This document shows, in pieces, positions 58,101 through 64,000 of a stretch of 64,000 nucleotides of DNA. Both the position numbers and the translations under genes were made by a program. The notes below the pieces were generated by a model. It saw nothing but the letters and a program-made list of their open reading frames with translations. It had not been told where the DNA came from and searched no databases. Position 1 is the first letter of the stretch. Every line of letters begins with the position of its first letter. The stretch covers positions 30,460,871-30,524,870 of the forward strand of contig NC_092676.1 of assembly GCF_964355755.1 (NCBI RefSeq). Direction: 5' to 3'. Source of the DNA: Antedon mediterranea. Its lineage: Eukaryota; Animalia; Echinodermata.

Positions 58101-61100
58101 TGCTGTTATCTGGTGTTGTACAGATAGGAGTAATATAACTGAACCCTCAATTACATAGGGCACAGGCCTGCTGCTGTTATCTGGTGTTGTACAGATAGGA
58201 GTAATATAACTGAACCCTCAATTACATAGGGCACAGGCCTGCTGCTGTTATCTGGTGATTTACAGATAGGAGTAATATAACTGAACCCTCAATTACATAG
58301 GGCACAGGCCTGCTGCTGTTATCTGGTGATTTACAGATAGGAGTAATATAACTGAACCCTCAATTACATAGGGCACAGGCCTGCTGCTGTTATCTGGTGT
58401 TGTACAGATAGTAGTAATATAACTGAACCCTCAATTACATAGGGCACAGGCCTGCTGCTGTTATCTGGTGATTTACAGATAGTAGTAATATAACTGAACC
58501 CTCAATTACATAGGGCACAGGCCTGCTGCTGTTATCTGGTGTTGTACAGAGAGGAGTAATATAACTGAACCCTCAATTACATAGGGCACAGGCCTGCTGC
58601 TGTTATCTGGTGTTGTACAGAGAGGAGTAATATAACTGAACCCTCAATTACATAGGGCACAGGCCTGCTGCTGTTATCTGGTGTTGTACAGATAGGAGTA
58701 ATATAACTGAACCCTCAATTACATAGGGCACAGGCCTGCTGCTGTTATCTGGTGATTTACAGATAGGAGTAATATAACTGAACCCTCAATTACATAGGGC
58801 ACAGGCCTGCTGCTGTTATCTGGTGATTTACAGATAGGAGTAATATAACTGAACCCTCAATTACATAGGGCACAGGCCTGCTGCTGTTATCTGGTGATTT
58901 ACAGATAGGAGTAATATAACTGAACCCTCAATTACATAGGGCACAGGCCTGCTGCTGTTATCTGGTGATTTACAGATAGTAGTAATATAACTGAACCCTC
59001 AATTACATAGGGCACAGGCCTGCTGCTGTTATCTGGTGATTTACAGATAGGAGTAATATAACTGAACCCTCAATTACATAGGGCACAGGCCTGCTGCTGT
59101 TATCTGGTGATTTACAGATAGGAGTAATATAACTGAACCCTCAATTACATAGGGCACAGGCCTGCTGCTGTTATCTGGTGATTTACAGATAGGAGTAATA
59201 TAACTGAACCCTCAATTACATAGGGCACAGGCCTGCTGCTTTTATCTGATGATTTACAGATAGTAGTAATTTAACTGAACCCTCAATTACATAGGGCACA
59301 GGCCTGCTGCTGTTATCTGGTGATTTACAGATAGGAGTAATATAACTGAACCCTCAATTACATAGGGCACAGGCCTGCTGCTGTTATCTGGTGATTTACA
59401 GATAGGAGTAATATAACTGAACCCTCAATTACATAGGTCACAGGCCTGCTGCTGTTATCTGGTGATTTACAGATAGTAGTAATATAACTGAACCCTCAAT
59501 TACATAGGGCACAGGCCTGCTGCTGTTATCTGGTGATTTACAGATAGGAGTAATATAACTGAACCCTCAATTACATAGGGCACAGGCCTGCTGCTGTTAT
59601 CTGGTGATTTACAGATAGGAGTAATATAACTGAACCCTCAATTACATAGGGCACAGGCCTGCTGCTGTTATCTGGTGATTTACAGATAGTAGTAATATAA
59701 CTGAACCCTCAATTACATAGGGCACAGGCCTGCTGCTGTTATCTGGTGTTGTACAGAGAGGAGTAAAATAACTGAACCCTCAATTACATAGGGCACAGGC
59801 CTGCTGCTGTTATCTGGTGTTGTACAGAGAGGAGTAATATAACTGAACCCTCAATTACACAGGGCACAGGCCTGCTGCTGTTATCTGGTGTTGTACAGAT
59901 AGGAGTAATATAACTGAACCCTCAATTACATAGGGCACAGGCCTGCTGCTGTTATCTGGTGATTTACAGATAGGAGTAATATAACTGAACCCTCAATTAC
60001 ATAGGGCACAGGCCTGCTGCTGTTATCTGGTGATTTACAGATAGGAGTAATATAACTGAACCCTCAATTACATAGGGCACAGGCCTGCTGCTGTTATCTG
60101 GTGATTTACAGATAGTAGTAATATAACTGAACCCTCAATTACATAGGGCACAGGCCTGCTGCTGTTATCTGGTGATTTACAGATAGGAGTAATATAACTG
60201 AACCCTCAATTACATAGGGCACAGGCCTGCTGCTGTTATCTGGTGATTTACAGATAGGAGTAATATAACTGAACCCTCAATTACATAGGGCACAGGCCTG
60301 CTGCTGTTATCTGGTGATTTACAGATAGGAGTAATATAACTGAACCCTCAATTACATAGGGCACAGGCCTGCTGCTGTTATCTGGTGATTTACAGATAGG
60401 AGTAATATAACTGAACCCTCAATTACATAGGGCACAGGCCTGCTGCTGTTATATCTGGTGATTTACAGATAGGAGTAATATAACTGAACCCTCAATTACA
60501 TAGGGCACAGGCCTGCTGCTGTTATCTGGTGATTTACAGATAGGAGTAATATAACTGAACCCTCAATTACATAGGGCACAGGCCTGCTGCTGTTATCTGG
60601 TGATTTACAGATAGGAGTAATATAACTGAACCCTCAATTACATAGGGCACAGGCCTGCTGCTGTTATCTGGTGATTTACAGATAGTAGTAATATAACTGA
60701 ACCCTCAATTACATAGGGCACAGGCCTGCTGCTGTTATCTGGTGATTTACAGATAGGAGTAATATAACTAAACCCTCAATTACATAGGGCACAGGCCTGC
60801 TGCTGTTATCTGGTGTTGTACAGAGAAGAGTAATATAACTGAACCCTCAATTACATAGGGCACAGGCCTGCTGCTGTTATCTGGTGATTTACAGATAGGA
60901 GTAATATAACTGAACCCTCAATTACATAGGGCACAGGCCTGCTGCTGTTATCTGGTGATTTACAGATAGGAGTAATATAACTGAACCCTCAATTACATAG
61001 GGCACAGGCCTGCTGCTGTTATCTGGTGATTTACAGATAGTAGTAATATAACTGAACCCTCAATTACATAGGGCACAGGCCTGCTGCTGTTATCTGGTGA

Positions 61101-63507
61101 TTTACAGATAGGAGTAATATAACTGAACCCTCAATTACGTCTGCTGCTGTTATCTGGTGATTTACAGATAGGAGTAAGATAACTGAACCCTCAATTACGT
61201 CTGCTGCTGTTCTCTGGTGGTGTGTGTGTATGTGATACAGAAATTAACTTTTGTTTCTTTTTAAGGTACTGGCAATGTGTTAAAGGTGCAGCAGTTGCTT
61301 CACATATGTAGTGAACATATTGAAGCTGAGAAGAGCAAAGACAAAGATAAAAAAGATAAAAAGAATGATGATACAACAAGTGATTTGGCAGCTCATCAAG
61401 GTGTGGCAGTTCTTGGTATTGCTTTGATAGCTATGGGAGAGGAGATTGGTGGTCAAATGGCATTAAGATCACTTGGTCATTTGGTAAACTGTTTTTTTTA
61501 TAGATATTTAGAATCAAGTCTTGCATCAATTTAAAAATAAATTGTATAGTTAACAATAGATTTTTACTTTCTTTAGCTTCGTTATGGTGAACCAGTTATT
61601 CGTCGCGCTGTTCCGCTTGCTTTAGCACTGATATCTGTATCCAATCCAGAACTTCAAATTTTGGACACCTTGAGTAAATTTTCTCACGATACAGATCAAG
61701 AGGTTGCTCATAATGCAATATTTGCCATGGGAATTGTAGGAGCTGGTAAGCATATCATTATTATAGTTTCTCTGGGAATTGTAGGAGCTGGTAAGCATAT
61801 CATTATTATACAGTAGTTTCTCTGGGAATTGTAGGAACTGGCAAGCATATCATTATTATAATTTCTCTATAATCTGTGATGACACAGGCATTCAGTTTTG
61901 GTAGTACAGTTGTATTCTTAAAAATATTAGAATATTTACTTTTTATTACCAGGTACAAACAATGCCCGTCTTGCAGCTATGCTTAGACAACTTGCACAAT
62001 TTCATGCTAAAGATCCAAACAACCTATTCATGGTTCGCATCTCACAAGGTTTGACTCACTTAGGTAAAGGTACATTGACTATGTCACCTTATCACAGTGA
62101 TCGTCAGCTGTTAAGCCAAGTTGCTACTGCCGGCCTTCTTGTTACAATCACTTCAGCTTTAGATGTTAAGAATAGTAAGTTTTTGAACTATGCTAATTTG
62201 TCTTTCTTTATAAAACAACCAATAAATGATTGGTAATATGCACCTGATTTACCATATTCAATGTTTCCTTAATAAGCACAAGATGTGAATTCAATAATTG
62301 TTGTGCAAGATGGTAATAGAGCTGTCTGCATCATCTCACAGCTGACCGCTATACTTATTTTAGAATTCTCACCTTGGTGATTCTTTTAAGTTTTCAGTTT
62401 ACCTATAATCTCGTCCTAAAGGCAGATTTTTATTCCTAGAGATCACCCAGTACAGTATAGAGAAATATATATACAGTATATATATACAAAATTATATTTT
62501 ACAGCTATTCTTAGAGAAGAAATATATATGTACAAATTTAAATTTTACAGCTATTCTTGGTAAGTCTTCATATTTACTGTATGGATTAGTTTCTGCAATG
62601 AAACCAAGAATGTTGGTTACATTTGATAAAGACTTGCATCCACTACCAATTCCAGTTCGTGTTGGTCAGGTAGGATTATACACTTTTTAGCATCCAAATC
62701 ATTCTTATCAACTGCTAAACCATTGTATAATTTAGGAAGCATAAACTACATGTTCAAACATCTGGTAAACAATTAATATGAAATACATTTTGTAGGCTGT
62801 TGATGTGGTAGGCCAAGCTGGTAGGCCCAAGACTATCACTGGTTTCCAGACACACACAACACCAGTATTATTGGCTCAAGGAGAACGAGCAGAATTAGCT
62901 ACAGAAGAATGTATCCTTTTAAAAACAATTTCAAACAAACATTTTCAATTGGAAAAAAATATCTTTTTATTTTACATTGCTCGGTGGTCATATCTATTTC
63001 TTTTCTGTTTTTATGACATAGTGTATAATAAGTGTATCCAGTTGGTATTTACAAGTCCTCTCAAAAGACCCACTCACACTTGACATAGTGTATAATAAGT
63101 GTATCCAGTTGGTACTTACAAGCCTCTCAAAAGACCCACTCACACTTTGAGCAGCTAGATCTCCTTAAAGAAGACCATTAGTGTATAATAAGTGTATCCA
63201 GTTGGTATTTACAAGTCTCTCAAAAGACCCATTATTTCAGTAATATTTGGTCAACAGAAAAACAGCTGTGTTTTAGCTATGATCCCCTTACCTCATACAA
63301 TTTGATTGTGTAACGAAGAAAACTTATTTTTTTATTATTATATTATTACACATTAATATACATGGAAATAATAATACTGCCCCATTGAATATTACCACAG
63401 ATGTAAGTCAATCCATTGTTTTCCTGAACTTGCTTTCAGACATACCATATACTCCTATTGTTGAGGGCTTTGTTATTTTAAAGAAGAATGAAAACTATGA
63501 AGAATAA
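52156..63507 (+). CDS. PSMD2: 26S proteasome non-ATPase regulatory subunit 2 (Rpn1)
   Basis: Exons 52156-52239, 53154-53210, 53455-53619, 54016-54137, 54475-54705, 54794-54952, 55057-55201, 55350-55407, 55614-55766, 55967-56073, 56219-56346, 56746-56996, 57092-57193, 61266-61483, 61577-61745, 61953-62174, 62551-62669, 62796-62910, 63440-63507. Hallmarks [69 protein letters not shown]. Confidence 0.98.
57266..61215. repeat. 71-bp intronic satellite, ~55 copies
   Basis: Unit tttacagataggagtaatataactgaaccctcaattacatagggcacaggcctgctgctgttatctggtga; it fills nearly the whole PSMD2 intron 57194-61265. Confidence 0.98.
61728..61870 (+). repeat. 45-50-bp triplication spanning a PSMD2 exon end and donor
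   Basis: tgggaattgtaggagctg|gtaagcatatcattattata occurs three times; the third copy has GC in place of GT. Confidence 0.9.
62911..63439 (+). other. U12-type GT-AG intron (last intron of PSMD2)
   Basis: 5' GTATCCTTTT, branch-like TTTCCTGAAC at ~63420-63429 about 10 nt before the AG, and no long polypyrimidine tract. Splicing restores [21 protein letters not shown]. Confidence 0.85.
63013..63232. repeat. Imperfect ~66-bp repeat x3 in the U12 intron
   Basis: tagtgtataataagtgtatccagttggta.ttacaag.c..tcaaaagaccca recurs three times. Confidence 0.85.
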
Positions 63508-63785
63508 TGACATCAAATAAAGGATCTACTCAGCTAGTCAATCCTTTTAAAATGTATTGTAAGCAAGATGTGTCTTGCAATCCTTACTATTGAGTGGTCT
63601 TGCCCTCACAGCATATTAGAAAGAATTTTTATATATTTAATTCTTTTCACAACATTGTTAATGCATTACCCAACACATACGACTAACTTTATTGTTTGTT
63701 CTAAATGCATGTAACGTATTGATAAAAATAAATTGGATGAAAACACTAAGCCTTGTACCAAACTGTTTAATCAATTTTATTAGCA

Positions 63786-64000
63786 CTAGTAAAAGGATCT
63801 GGGACCCTACAAAATACTGCCATGTGCTTAGATCCAGAATTCCTCTCTACTTTCTAGTAAAAGGATCTGGGACCCTACAAAATACTGCCATGTGCTTAGA
63901 TCCAAAATTCCTCTCTACTTTCTAGTAAAAGGATCTGGGACCCTACAAAATACTGCCATGTGCTTAGATCCAGAATTCCTCTCTACTTTCTAGTAAAAGG
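63786..64000. repeat. 68-bp tandem repeat, at least 3 copies (runs off the window)
   Basis: Unit ctagtaaaaggatctgggaccctacaaaatactgccatgtgcttagatccagaattcctctctacttt. Confidence 0.95.

Noticed and set aside
57266-61215. Regular arrays as possible CRISPR loci (also 842-1666, 33045-33610, 37602-38276)
   Set aside because: The units are head-to-tail with no unique spacers, there are no cas genes, and the context is eukaryotic and mostly intronic.

Overview
AT-rich, intron-containing animal genomic DNA. It is probably an invertebrate deuterostome such as an echinoderm (inferred from gene content and SINE type, not proven). All protein genes are on the + strand. In order they are: the 3' end of an unidentified coiled-coil gene (to 572); a 5xSRCR + CCP/Sushi transmembrane receptor (4280-8545); a Golgi GH47 alpha-1,2-mannosidase of MAN1A type (10101-17107); CEP85/CEP85L-like (alternative starts 31354/32522/33913, stop 40400); an N-myristoylated protein with three degenerate cyclic-nucleotide-binding domains (43359-50903); and proteasome subunit PSMD2/Rpn1 (52156-63507). 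Exon structures were assembled by hand from splice signals and reading-frame continuity. The 19-31 kb region is a cluster of non-autonomous transposons: Helentron-like, hAT-like, P-like, foldback/Mutator-like, and a Ginger-like element containing a LINE that itself contains a Kolobok-like MITE. Many tandem arrays are present. The most notable observations are (1) a palindromic element in a (TA)n tract whose arms are outward-facing tRNA-like units, (2) two U12-type introns (AT-AC in CEP85-like, GT-AG in PSMD2), (3) repeated tandem micro-duplications across splice sites and stop codons, one of which could give the SRCR receptor a tailless isoform, and (4) the uncharacterised myristoylated triple pseudo-CNBD protein. 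No database searches could be run, so novelty claims are inference.
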